Origin: Auanema rhodensis
Lineage: Eukaryota; Animalia; Nematoda
Assembly (NCBI GenBank): GCA_964057225.1
Contig: OZ059894.1
Span: 1,674,001-1,738,000, forward strand
DNA length: 64,000 nucleotides
Direction of reading: 5' to 3'
The notes beneath the pieces were generated by a model. The model saw nothing but the letters and a program-made list of their open reading frames with translations. It ran no database searches and had not been told where the DNA came from. The stretch's first letter is position 1. Every line of letters begins with the position of its first letter. A program made the position numbers and the translations under genes. This document shows positions 11,935 to 25,300 of this stretch, piece after piece.

Positions 11935-14742
11935 AATCGAGGATATAAGTGTGAACTTATATCAGTTGATATCTCGGTGCATTTTTAAGCTAGCGCAAAT
12001 CTGATAACACAGATCGACGCAGCTTGAAAATCCGCATCGAATGCACTATACTACTTTGAGAAACGCTTAATACAAAAATTAGTTATGATCGTTTGAAAAA
12101 TGATGCATTAGTGTATGTTGAGTTTCCATGTACACTCAACATAGCTTCCAAAAACATTTTGACAAAAATTTTTTCGAAAAATTTCAAAATAATTTAGCAA
12201 AAAGTAGATGTTTTTAGATTCCTTTTTTCAAGGCAAAGACGATGGACAATGTTATTCAACGAAAAAATTAATTCTTCAGGGTGAAAATCGAGGATATAAG
12301 TGTGAACTTATATCAGTTGATATCTCGGTGCATTTTTAAGCTAGCGCAAATCTGATAACACAGATCGACGCAGCTTGAAAATCCGCATCGAATGCACTAT
12401 ACTACTTTGAGAAACGCTTAATACAAAAATTAGTTATGATCGTTTGAAAAATGATGCATTAGTGTATGTTGAGTTTCCATGTACACTCAACATTGCTTCC
12501 AAAAACATTTTGACAAAAATTTTTTCGAAAAATTTCAAATTAATTTAGCAGAAAGTATATGTTTTTAGATTCCTTTTCTCAAGGCAAAGACGATGGACAA
12601 TGTTATTCAACGAAAAAATTAATTCTTCAGGGTGAAAATCGAGGATATATGTGTGAATTTATATCAGTTGATATCTCGGTGCATTTTTAAGCTAGCGCAA
12701 ATCTGATAACACAGATCGACGCAGCTTGAAAATCCGCATTGAATGCACTATACTACATTGAGGAACGCTTAATACAAAAATTAGTTATGATCGTTTGAAA
12801 AATGATGCATTAGTGTATGTTTAGTTTCCATGTACACTCAACATAGCTTCCAAAAACATTTTGACAAAATTTTTTTCGAAAAATTTCAAAATAATTTAGC
12901 AGAAAGTAGATGTTTTTAGATTCCTTTTTTTAAGGCAAAGACGACGGACAATGTTATTCAACGAAAAAATTAATTCTTCAGGGTGAAAATCGAGGATATA
13001 AGTGTGAACTTATATCAGTTGATATCTCGGTGCATTTTTAAGCTAGCGCAAATCTGATAACACAGATCGACGCAGCTTGAAAATCCGCATTGAATGCACT
13101 ATACTACATTGAGGAACGCTTAACACAAAAATTAGTTATGATCGTTTGAAAAATGATGCATTAGTGTATGTTTAGTTTCCATGTACACTCAACATAGCTT
13201 CCAAAAACATTTTGACAAAAATTTTTTCGAAAAATTTCAAAATAATTTAGCAGAAAGTAGATGTTTTTAGATTCCTTTTTTTAAGGCAAAGACGATGGAC
13301 AATGTTATTCAACGAAAAAATTAATTCTTCAGGGTGAAAATCGAGGATATAAGTGTGAACTTATATCAGTTGATATCTCGGTGCATTTTTAAGCTAGCGC
13401 AAATCTGATAACACAGATCGACGCAGCTTGAAAATCCGCATCGAATGCACTATACTACTTTGAGAAACGCTTAATACAAAAATTAGTTATGATCGTTTGA
13501 AAAATGATGCATTAGTGTATGTTGAGTTTCCATGTACACTCAACATTGCTTCCAAAAACATTTTGACAAAAATTTTTTCGAAAAATTTCAAAAAAATTTA
13601 GCAGAAAGTAGATGTTTTTAGTTTCCTTTTTTTAAGGCAAAGACGATGGACAATGTTATTCAACGAAAAAATTAATTCTTCAGGGTGAAAATCGAGGATA
13701 TAAGTGTGAACTTATATCAGTTGATATCTCGGTGCATCTTTAAGCTAGCGCAAATCTGATAACACAGATCGACGCAGCTTGAAAATCCGCATCGAATGCA
13801 CTATACTACATTGAGGAACGCTTAACACAAAAATTAGTTATGATCGTTTGAAAAATGATGCATTAGTGTATGTTTAGTTTCCATGTACACTCAACATAGC
13901 TTCCAAAAACATTTTGACAAAATTTTTTTCGAGAAATTTCAAAATAATTTAGCAGAAAGTAGATGTTTTTAGATTCCTTTTTTTAAGGCAAAGACGACGG
14001 ACAATGTTATTCAACGAAAAAATTAATTCTTCAGGGTGAAAATCGAGGATATAAGTGTGAACTTATATCAGTTGATATCTCGGTGCATTTTTAAGCTAGC
14101 GCAAATCTGATAACACAGATCGACGCAGCTTGAAAATCCGCATCGAATGCACTATACTACATTGAGGAACGCTTAATACAAAAATTAGTTATGATCGTTT
14201 GAAAAATGATGCATTAGTGTATGTTGAGTTTCCATGTACACTCAACATAGCTTCCAAAAACATTTTGACAAAAATTTTTTCGAAAAATTTCAAAATAATT
14301 TAGCAGAAAGTAGATGTTTTTAGATTCCTTTTTTTAAGGCAAAGACGATGGACAATGTTATTCAACGAAAAAATTAATTCTTCAGGGTGAAAATCGAGGA
14401 TATAAGTGTGAACTTATATCAGTTGATATCTCGGTGCATTTTTAAGCTAGCGCAAATCTGATAACACAGATCGACGCAGCTTGAAAATCCGCATCGAATG
14501 CACTATACTACATTGAGAAACGCTTAATACAAAAATTAGTTATGATCGTTTGAAAAATGATGCATTAGTGTATGTTGAGTTTCCATGTACACTCAACATA
14601 GCTTCCAAAAACATTTTGACAAAAATTTTTTCGAAAAATTTCCAGATAATTTAGCAGAAAGTAGATGTTTTTAGATTCCTTTTTTCAAGGCAAAGACGAT
14701 GGACAATGTTATTCAACGAAAACATTAATTCTTCAGGGTGAA

Positions 14743-17700
14743 AATCGAGGATATAAGTGTGAATTTATATCAGTTGATATCTCGGTGCATTTTTAAGCTA
14801 GCGCAAATCTGATAACACAGATCGACGCAGCTTGAAAATCCGCATTGAATGCACTATACTACATTGAGGAACGCTTAATACAAAAATTAGTTATGATCGT
14901 TTGAAAAATGATGCATTAGTGTATGTTGAGTTTCCATGTACACTCAACATAGCTTCCAAAAACATTTTGACAAAAATTTTTTCGAAAAATTTCAAAATAA
15001 TTTAGCAGAAAGTAGATGTTTTTAGATTCCTTTTTTTAAGGCAAAGACGATGGACAATGTTATTCAACGAAAAAATTAATTCTTCAGGGTGAAAATCGAG
15101 GATATAAGTGTGAACTTATATCAGTTGATATCTCGGTGCATTTTTAAGCTAGCGCAAATCTGATAACACAGATCGACGCAGCTTGAAAATCCGCATCGAA
15201 TGCACTATACTACATTGAGGAACGCTTAATACAAAAATTAGTTATGATCGTTTGAAAAATGATGCATTAGTGTATGTTCAGTTTCCATGTACACTCAACA
15301 TAGCTTCCAAAAACATTTTGACAAAAATTTTTTCGAAAAATTTCAAAATAATTTAGCAGAAAGTAGATGTTTTTAGATTCCTTTTTTTAAGGCAAAGACG
15401 ATGGACAATGTTATTCAACGAAAAAATTAATTCTTCAGGGTGAAAATCGAGGATATAAGTGTGAACTTATATCAGTTGATATCTCGGTGCATTTTTAAGC
15501 TAGCGCAAATTTGATAACACAGATCGACGCAGCTTGAAAATCCGCATCGAATGCACTATACTACATTGAGGAACGCTTAATACAAAAATTAGTTATGATC
15601 GTTTGAAAAATGATGCATTAGTGTATGTTGAGTTTCCATGTACACTCAACATAGCTTCCAAAAACATTTTGACAAAAATTTTTTCGAAAAATTTCAAAAT
15701 AATTTAGCAGAAAGTAGATGTTTTTAGATTCCTTTTTTTAAGGCAAAGACGATGGACAATGTTATTCAACGAAAAAATTAATTCTTCAGGGTGAAAATCG
15801 AGGATATAAGTGTGAATTTATATCAGTTGATATCTCGGTGCATTTTTAAGCTAGCGCAAATCTGATAACACAGATCGACGCAGCTTGAAAATCCGCATTG
15901 AATGCACTATACTTCATTGAGGAACGCTTAATACAAAAATTAGTTATGATCGTTTGAAAAATGATGCATTAGTGTATGTTGAGTTTCCATGTACACTCAA
16001 CATAGCTTCCAAAAACATTTTGACAAAAATTTTTTCGAAAAATTTCAAAATAATTTAGCAGAAAGTAGATGTTTTCAGATTCCTTTTTTTAAGGCAAAGA
16101 CGATGGACAATGTTATTCAACGAAAAAATTAATTCTTCAGGGTGAAAATCGAGGATATAAGTGTGAACTTATATCAGTTGATATCTCGGTGCATTTTTAA
16201 GCTAGCGCAAATCTGATAACACAGATCGACGCAGCTTGAAAATCCGCATCGAATGCACTATACTACATTGAGGAACGCTTAATACAAAAATTAGTTATGA
16301 TCGTTTGAAAAATGATGCATTAGTGTATGTTCAGTTTCCATGTACACTCAACATAGCTTCCAAAAACATTTTGACAAAAATTTTTTCGAAAAATTTCAAA
16401 ATAATTTAGCAGAAAGTAGATGTTTTTAGATTCCTTTTTTTAAGGCAAAGACGATGGACAATGTTATTCAACGAAAAAATTAATTCTTCAGGGTGAAAAT
16501 CGAGGATATAAGTGTGAACTTATATCAGTTGATATCTCGGTGCATTTTTAAGCTAGCGCAAATTTGATAACACAGATCGACGCAGCTTGAAAATCCGCAT
16601 CGAATGCACTATACTACATTGAGGAACGCTTAATACAAAAATTAGTTATGATCGTTTGAAAAATGATGCATTAGTGTATGTTGAGTTTCCATGTACACTC
16701 AACATAGCTTCCAAAAACATTTTGACAAAAATTTTTTCGAAAAATTTCAAAATAATTTAGCAGAAAGTAGATGTTTTCAGATTCCTTTTTTTAAGGCAAA
16801 GACGATGGACAATGTTATTCAACGAAAAAATTAATTCTTCAGGGTGAAAATCGAGGATATAAGTGTGAACTTATATCAGTTGATATCTCGGTGCATTTTT
16901 AAGCTAGCGCAAATCTGATAACACAGATCGACGCAGCTTGAAAATCCGCATCGAATGCACTATACTACATTGAGAAACGCTTAATACAAAAATTAGTTAT
17001 GATCGTTTGAAAAATGATGCATTAGTGTATGTTCAGTTTCCATGTACACTCAACATAGCTTCCAAAAACATTTTGACAAAAATTTTTTCGAAAAATTTCA
17101 AAATAATTTAGCAGAAAGTAGATGTTTTTAGATTCCTTTTTTTAAGGCAAAGACGATGGACAATGTTATTCAACGAAAAAATTAATTCTTCAGGGTGAAA
17201 ATCGAGGATATAAGTGTGAACTTATATCAGTTGATATCTCGGTGCATTTTTAAGCTAGCGCAAATTTGATAACACAGATCGACGCAGCTTGAAAATCCGC
17301 ATCGAATGCACTATACTACATTGAGGAACGCTTAATACAAAAATTAGTTATGATCGTTTGAAAAATGATGCATTAGTGTATGTTGAGTTTCCATGTACAC
17401 TCAACATAGCTTCCAAAAACATTTTGACAAAAATTTTTTCGAAAAATTTCAAAATAATTTAGCAGAAAGTAGATGTTTTTAGATTTCTTTTTTTAAGGCA
17501 AAGACGATGGACAATGTTATTCAACGAAAAAATTAATTCTTCAGGGTGAAAATCGAGGATATAAGTGTGAACTTATATCAGTTGATATCTCGGTGCATTT
17601 TTAAGCTAGCGCAAATCTGATAACACAGATCGACGCAGCTTGAAAATCCGCATCGAATGCACTATACTACATTGAGGAACGCTTAATACAAAAATTAGTT

Positions 17701-19305
17701 ATGATCGTTTGAAAAATGATGCATTAGTGTATGTTTAGTTTCCATGTACACTCAACATAGCTTCCAAAAACATTTTGACAAAATTTTTTTCGAAAAATTT
17801 CAAAATAATTTAGCAGAAAGTAGATGTTTTTAGATTCCTTTTTTTAAGGCAAAGACGACGGACAATGTTATTCAACGAAAAAATTAATTCTTCAGGGTGA
17901 AAATCGAGGATATAAGTGTGAACTTATATCAGTTGATATCTCGGTGCATTTTTAAGCTAGCGCAAATCTGATAACACAGATCGACGCAGCTTGAAAATCC
18001 GCATCGAATGCACTATACTACATTGAGGAACGCTTAATACAAAAATTAGTTATGATCGTTTGAAAAATGATGCATTAGTGTATGTTGAGTTTCCATGTAC
18101 ACTCAACATAGCTTCCAAAAACATTTTGACAAAAATTTTTTCGAAAAATTTCAAAATAATTTAGCAGAAAGTAGATGTTTTTAGATTCCTTTTTTTAAGG
18201 CAAAGACGATGGACAATGTTATTCAACGAAAAAATTAATTCTTCAGGGTGAAAATCGAGGATATAAGTGTGAACTTATATCAGTTGATATCTCGGTGCAT
18301 TTTTAAGCTAGCGCAAATTTGATAACACAGATCGACGCAGCTTGAAAATCCGCATCGAATGCACTATACTACATTGAGGAACGCTTAATACAAAAATTAG
18401 TTATGATCGTTTGAAAAATGATGCATTAGTGTATGTTGAGTTTCCATGTACACTCAACATAGCTTCCAAAAACATTTTGACAAAAATTTTTTCGAAAAAT
18501 TTCAAAATAATTTAGCAGAAAGTAGATGTTTTTAGATTCCTTTTTTTAAGGCAAAGACGATGGACAATGTTATTCAACGAAAAAATTAATTCTTCAGGGT
18601 GAAAATCGAGGATATAAGTGTGAACTTATATCAGTTGATATCTCGGTGCATTTTTAAGCTAGCGCAAATCTGATAACACAGATCGACGCAGCTTGAAAAT
18701 CCGCATCGAATGCACTATACTACATTGAGGAACGCTTAATACAAAAATTAGTTATGATCGTTTGAAAAATGATGCATTAGTGTATGTTTAGTTTCCATGT
18801 ACACTCAACATAGCTTCCAAAAACATTTTGACAAAATTTTTTTCGAAAAATTTCAAAATAATTTAGCAGAAAGTAGATGTTTTTAGATTCCTTTTTTTAA
18901 GGCAAAGACGACGGACAATGTTATTCAACGAAAAAATTAATTCTTCAGGGTGAAAATCGAGGATATAAGTGTGAACTTATATCAGTTGATATCTCGGTGC
19001 ATTTTTAAGCTAGCGCAACTCTGATAACACAGATCGACGCAGCTTGAAAATCCGCATCGAATGCACTATACTACATTGAGGAACGCTTAATACAAAAATT
19101 AGTTATGATCGTTTGAAAAATGATGCATTAGTGTATGTTGAGTTTCCATGTACACTCAACATAGCTTCCAAAAACATTTTGACAAAAATTTTTTCGAAAA
19201 ATTTCAAAATAATTTAGCAGAAAGTAGATGTTTTTAGATTCCTTTTTTTAAGGCAAAGACGATGGACAATGTTATTCAACGAAAAAATTAATTCTTCAGG
19301 GTGAA
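14743..19305. repeat. Local trimer and dimer duplications (M43-45 ~ M46-48; M50-52 ~ M53-55)
   Basis: Variants GAATTTAT+CATTGAAT, ATGTTCAG and AAATTTGATA recur at 1053-bp spacing, then AAATTTGATA and ATGTTTAG+GACGACGG do the same. Confidence 0.8.
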
Positions 19306-22300
19306 AATCGAGGATATAAGTGTGAATTTATATCAGTTGATATCTCGGTCCATTTTTAAGCTAGCGCAAATCTGATAACACAGATCGACGCAGCTTGAAA
19401 ATCCGCATCGAATGCACTATACTACTTTGAGAAACGCTTAATACAAAAATTAGTTATGATCGTTTGAAAAATGATGCATTAGTGTATGTTGAGTTTCCAT
19501 GTACACTCAACATTGCTTCCAAAAACATTTTGACAAAAATTTTTTCGAAAAATTTCAAATTAATTTAGCAGAAAGTATATGTTTTTAGATTCCTTTTTTC
19601 AAGGCAAAGACGATGGACAATGTTATTCAACGAAAAAATTAATTCTTCAGGGTGAAAATCGAGGATATAAGTGTGAACTTATATCAGTTGATATCTCGGT
19701 GCATTTTTAAGCTAGCGCAAATCTGATAACACAGATCGACGCAGCTTGAAAATCCGCATCGAATGCACTATACTACTTTGAGAAACGCTTAATACAAAAA
19801 TTAGTTATGATCGTTTGAAAAATGATGCATTAGTGTATGTTGAGTTTCCATGTACACTCAACATAGCTTCCAAAAACATTTTGACAAAAATTTTTTCGAA
19901 AAATTTCAGAATAATTTAGCAAAAAGTAGATGTTTTTAGATTTCTTTTTTCAAGGCAAAGACGATGGACAATGTTATTCAACGAAAAAATTAATTCTTCA
20001 GGGTGAAAATCGAGGATATAAGTGTGAACTTATATCAGTTGATATCTCGGTGCATTTTTAAGCTAGCGCAAATCTGATAACACAGATCGACGCAGCTTGA
20101 AAATCCGCATCGAATGCACTATACTACATTGAGGAACGCTTAATACAAAAATTAGTTATGATCGTTTGAAAAATGATGCATTAGTGTATGTTGAGTTTCC
20201 ATGTACACTCAACATAGCTTCCAAAAACATTTTGACAAAAATTTTTTCGAAAAATTTCAGAATAATTTAGCAAAAAGTAGATGTTTTTAGATTTCTTTTT
20301 TCAAGGCAAAGACGATGGACAATGTTATTCAACGAAAAAATTAATTCTTCAGGGTGAAAATCGAGGATATAAGTGTGAACTTATATCAGTTGATATCTCG
20401 GTGCATTTTTAAGCTAGCGCAAATCTGATAACACAGATCGACGCAGCTTGAAAATCCGCATCTAATGCACTATACTACTTTGAGAAACGCTTAATACAAA
20501 AATTAGTTATGATCGTTTGAAAAATGATGCATTAGTGTATGTTGAGTTTCCATGTACACTCAACATAGCTTCCAAAAACATTTTGACAAAAATTTTTTCG
20601 AAAAATTTCAAAATATTTTAGCAAAAAGTAGATGTTTTTAGATTCCTTTTTTCAAGGCAAAGACGATGGACAATGTTATTCAACGAAAAAATTAATTCTT
20701 CAGGGTGAAAATCGAGGATATAAGTGTGAACTTATATCAGTTGATATCTCGGTGCATTTTTAAGCTAGCGCAAATCTGATAACACAGATCGACGCAGCTT
20801 GAAAATCCGCATCGAATGCACTATACTTCATTGAGGAACGCTTAATACAAAAATTAGTTATGATCGTTTGAAAAATGATGCATTAGTGTATGTTGAGTTT
20901 CCATGTACACTCAACATAGCTTCCAAAAACATTTTGACAAAAATTTTTTCGAAAAATTTCAAAATAATTTAGCAAAAAGTAGATGTTTTTAGATTCCTTT
21001 TTTCAAGGCAAAGACGATGGACAATGTTATTCAACGAAAAAATTAATTCTTCAGGGTGAAAATCGAGGATATAAGTGTGAATTTATATCAGTTGATATCT
21101 CGGTGCATTTTTAAGCTAGCGCAAATCTGATAACACAGATCGACGCAGCTTGAAAATCCGCATCTAATGCACTATACTACTTTGAGAAACGCTTAATACA
21201 AAAATTAGTTATGATCGTTTGAAAAATGATGCATTAGTGTATGTTGAGTTTCCATGTACACTCAACATAGCTTCCAAAAACATTTTGACAAAAATTTTTT
21301 CGAAAAATTTCAAAATATTTTAGCAAAAAGTAGATGTTTTTAGATTCCTTTTTTCAAGGCAAAGACGATGGACAATGTTATTCAACGAAAAAATTAATTC
21401 TTCAGGGTGAAAATCGAGGATATAAGTGTGAACTTATATCAGTTGATATCTCGGTGCATTTTTAAGCTAGCGCAAATCTGATAACACAGATCGACGCAGC
21501 TTGAAAATCCGCATCGAATGCACTATACTTCATTGAGGAACGCTTAATACAAAAATTAGTTATGATCGTTTGAAAAATGATGCATTAGTGTATGTTGAGT
21601 TTCCATGTACACTCAACATAGCTTCCAAAAACATTTTGACAAAAATTTTTTCGAAAAATTTCAAAATAATTTAGCAAAAAGTAGATGTTTTTAGATTCCT
21701 TTTTTCAAGGCAAAGACGATGGACAATGTTATTCAACGAAAAAATTAATTCTTCAGGGTGAAAATCGAGGATATAAGTGTGAATTTATATCAGTTGATAT
21801 CTCGGTGCATTTTTAAGCTAGCGCAAATCTGATAACACAGATCGACGCAGCTTGAAAATCCGCATCGAATGCACTATACTACTTTGAGAAACGCTTAATA
21901 CAAAAATTAGTTATGATCGTTTGAAAAATGATGCATTAGTGTATGTTGAGTTTCCATGTACACTCAACATTGCTTCCAAAAACATTTTGACAAAAATTTT
22001 TTCGAAAAATTTCAAATTAATTTAGCAGAAAGTATATGTTTTTAGATTCCTTTTTTCAAGGCAAAGACGATGGACAATGTTATTCAACGAAAAAATTAAT
22101 TCTTCAGGGTGAAAATCGAGGATATAAGTGTGAACTTATATCAGTTGATATCTCGGTGCATTTTTAAGCTAGCGCAAATCTGATAACACAGATCGACGCA
22201 GCTTGAAAATCCGCATCGAATGCACTATACTACATTGAGGAACGCTTAATACAAAAATTAGTTATGATCGTTTGAAAAATGATGCATTAGTGTATGTTGA

Positions 22301-25300
22301 GTTTCCATGTACACTCAACATTGCTTCCAAAAACATTTTGACAAAAATTTTTTCGAAAAATTTCAAAATAATTTAGCAAAAAGTAGATGTTTTTAGATTC
22401 TTTTTTTCAAGGCAAAGACGATGGACAATGTTATTCAACGAAAAAATTAATTCTTCAGGGTGAAAATCGAGGATATAAGTGTGAACTTATATCAGTTGAT
22501 ATCTCGGTGCATTTTTAAGCTAGCGCAAATCTGATAACACAGATCGACGCAGCTTGAAAATCCGCATCGAATGCACTATACTACATTGAGGAACGCTTAA
22601 TACAAAAATTAGTTATGATCGTTTGAAAAATGATGCATTAGTGTATGTTGAGTTTCCATGTACACTCAACATTGCTTCCAAAAACATTTTGACAAAAATT
22701 TTTTCGAAAAATTTCAAAATAATTTAGCAGAAAGTAGATGTTTTTAGATTCCTTTTTTCAAGGCAAAGACGATGGACAATGTTATTCAACGAAAAAATTA
22801 ATTCTTCAGGGAGAAAATCGAGGATATAAGTGTTAACTTATATCAGTTGATATCTCGGTGCATTTTTAAGCTAGCGCAAATCTGATAACACAGATCGACG
22901 CAGCTTGAAAATCCGCATCGAATGCACTATACTACATTGAGGAACGCTTAATACAAAAATTAGTTATGATCGTTTGAAAAATGATGCATTAGTGTATGTT
23001 GAGTTTCCATGTACACTCAACATTGCTTCCAAAAACATTTTGACAAAAATTTTTTCGAAAAATTTCAAAATATTTTAGCAAAAAGTAGATGTTTTTAGAT
23101 TCCTTTTTTCAAGGCAAAGACGATGGACAATGTTATTCAACGAAAAAATTAATTCTTCAGGGTGAAAATCGAGGATATAAGTGTGAACTTATATCAGTTG
23201 ATATCTCGGTGCATTTTTAAGCTAGCGCAAATCTGATAACACAGATCGACGCAGCTTGAAAATCCGCATCTAATGCACTATACTACTTTGAGAAACGCTT
23301 AATACAAAAATGAGTTATGATCGTTTGAAAAATGATGCATTAGTGTATGTTGAGTTTCCATGTACACTCAACATTGCTTCCAAAAACATTTTGACAAAAA
23401 TTTTTTCGAAAAATTTCAAAATAATTTAGCAAAAAGTAGATGTTTTTAGATTCTTTTTTTCAAGGCGAAGACGATCGACAATGTTATTCAACGAAAAAAT
23501 TAATTCTTCAGGGTGAAAATCGAGGATATACGTGTGAACTTATATCAGTTGATATCTCGGTGCATTTTTAAGCTAGCGCAAATCTGATAACACAGATCGA
23601 CGCAGCTTAAAAATCCGCATCGAATGCACTATACTTCATTGAGGAACGCTTAATACAAAAATTAGTTATGATCGTTTGAAAAATGATGCATTAGTGTATG
23701 TTGAGTTTCCATGTACACTCAACATAGCTTCCAAAAACATTTTGACAAAAATTTTTTCGAAAAATTTCAAAATAATTTAGCAAAAAGTAGATGTTTTTAG
23801 ATTCCTTTTTTCAAGGCAAAGACGATGGACAATGTTATTCAACGAAAAAATTAATTCTTCAGGGTGAAAATCGAGGATATAAGTGTGAACTTATATCAGT
23901 TGATATCTCGGTGCATTTTTAAGCTAGCGCAAATCTGATAACACAGATCGACGCAGCTTAAAAATCCGCATCGAATGCACTATACTACATTGAGGAACGC
24001 TTAATACAAAAATTAGTTATGATCGTTTGAAAAATGATGCATTAGTGTATGTTGAGTTTCCATGTACACTCAACATTGCTTCCAAAAACATTTTGACAAA
24101 AATTTTTTCGAAAAATTTCAAAATAATTTAGCAGAAAGTAGATGTTTTTAGATTCCTTTTTTCAAGGCAAAGACGATGGACAATGTTATTCAACGAAAAA
24201 ATTAATTCTTCAGGGAGAAAATCGAGGATATAAGTGTTAACTTATATCAGTTGATATCTCGGTGCATTTTTAAGCTAGCGCAAATCTGATAACACAGATC
24301 GACGCAGCTTGAAAATCCGCATCGAATGCACTATACTACATTGAGGAACGCTTAATACAAAAATTAGTTATGATCGTTTGAAAAATGATGCATTAGTGTA
24401 TGTTGAGTTTCCATGTACACTCAACATAGCTTCCAAAAACATTTTGACAAAAATTTTTTCGAAAAATTTCAGAATAATTTAGCAAAAAGTAGATGTTTTT
24501 AGATTCCTTTTTTCAAGGCAAAGACGATGGACAATGTTATTCAACGAAAAAATTAATTCTTCAGGGTGAAAATCGAGGATATAAGTGTGAACTTATATCA
24601 GTTGATATCTCGGTGCATTTTTAAGCTAGCGCAAATCTGATAACACAGATCGACGCAGCTTGAAAATCCGCATCTAATGCACTATACTACTTTGAGAAAC
24701 GCTTAATACAAAAATTAGTTATGATCGTTTGAAAAATGATGCATTAGTGTATGTTGAGTTTCCATGTACACTCAACATTGCTTCCAAAAACATTTTGACA
24801 AAAATTTTTTCGAAAAATTTCAAAATAATTTAGCAAAAAGTAGATGTTTTTAGATTCCTTTTTTCAAGGCAAAGACGATGGACAATGTTATTCAACGAAA
24901 AAATTAATTCTTCAGGGTGAAAATCGAGGATATAAGTGTGAACTTATATCAGTTGATATCTCGGTGCATTTTTAAGCTAGCGCAAATCTGATAACACAGA
25001 TCGACGCAGCTTAAAAATCCGCATCGAATGCACTATACTTCATTGAGGAACGCTTAATACAAAAATTAGTTATGATCGTTTGAAAAATGATGCATTAGTG
25101 TATGTTGAGTTTCCATGTACACTCAACATTGCTTCCAAAAACATTTTGACAAAAATTTTTTCGAAAAATTTCAAAATAATTTAGCAGAAAGTAGATGTTT
25201 TTAGATTCCTTTTTTCAAGGCAAAGACGATGGACAATGTTATTCAACGAAAAAATTAATTCTTCAGGGAGAAAATCGAGGATATAAGTGTTAACTTATAT

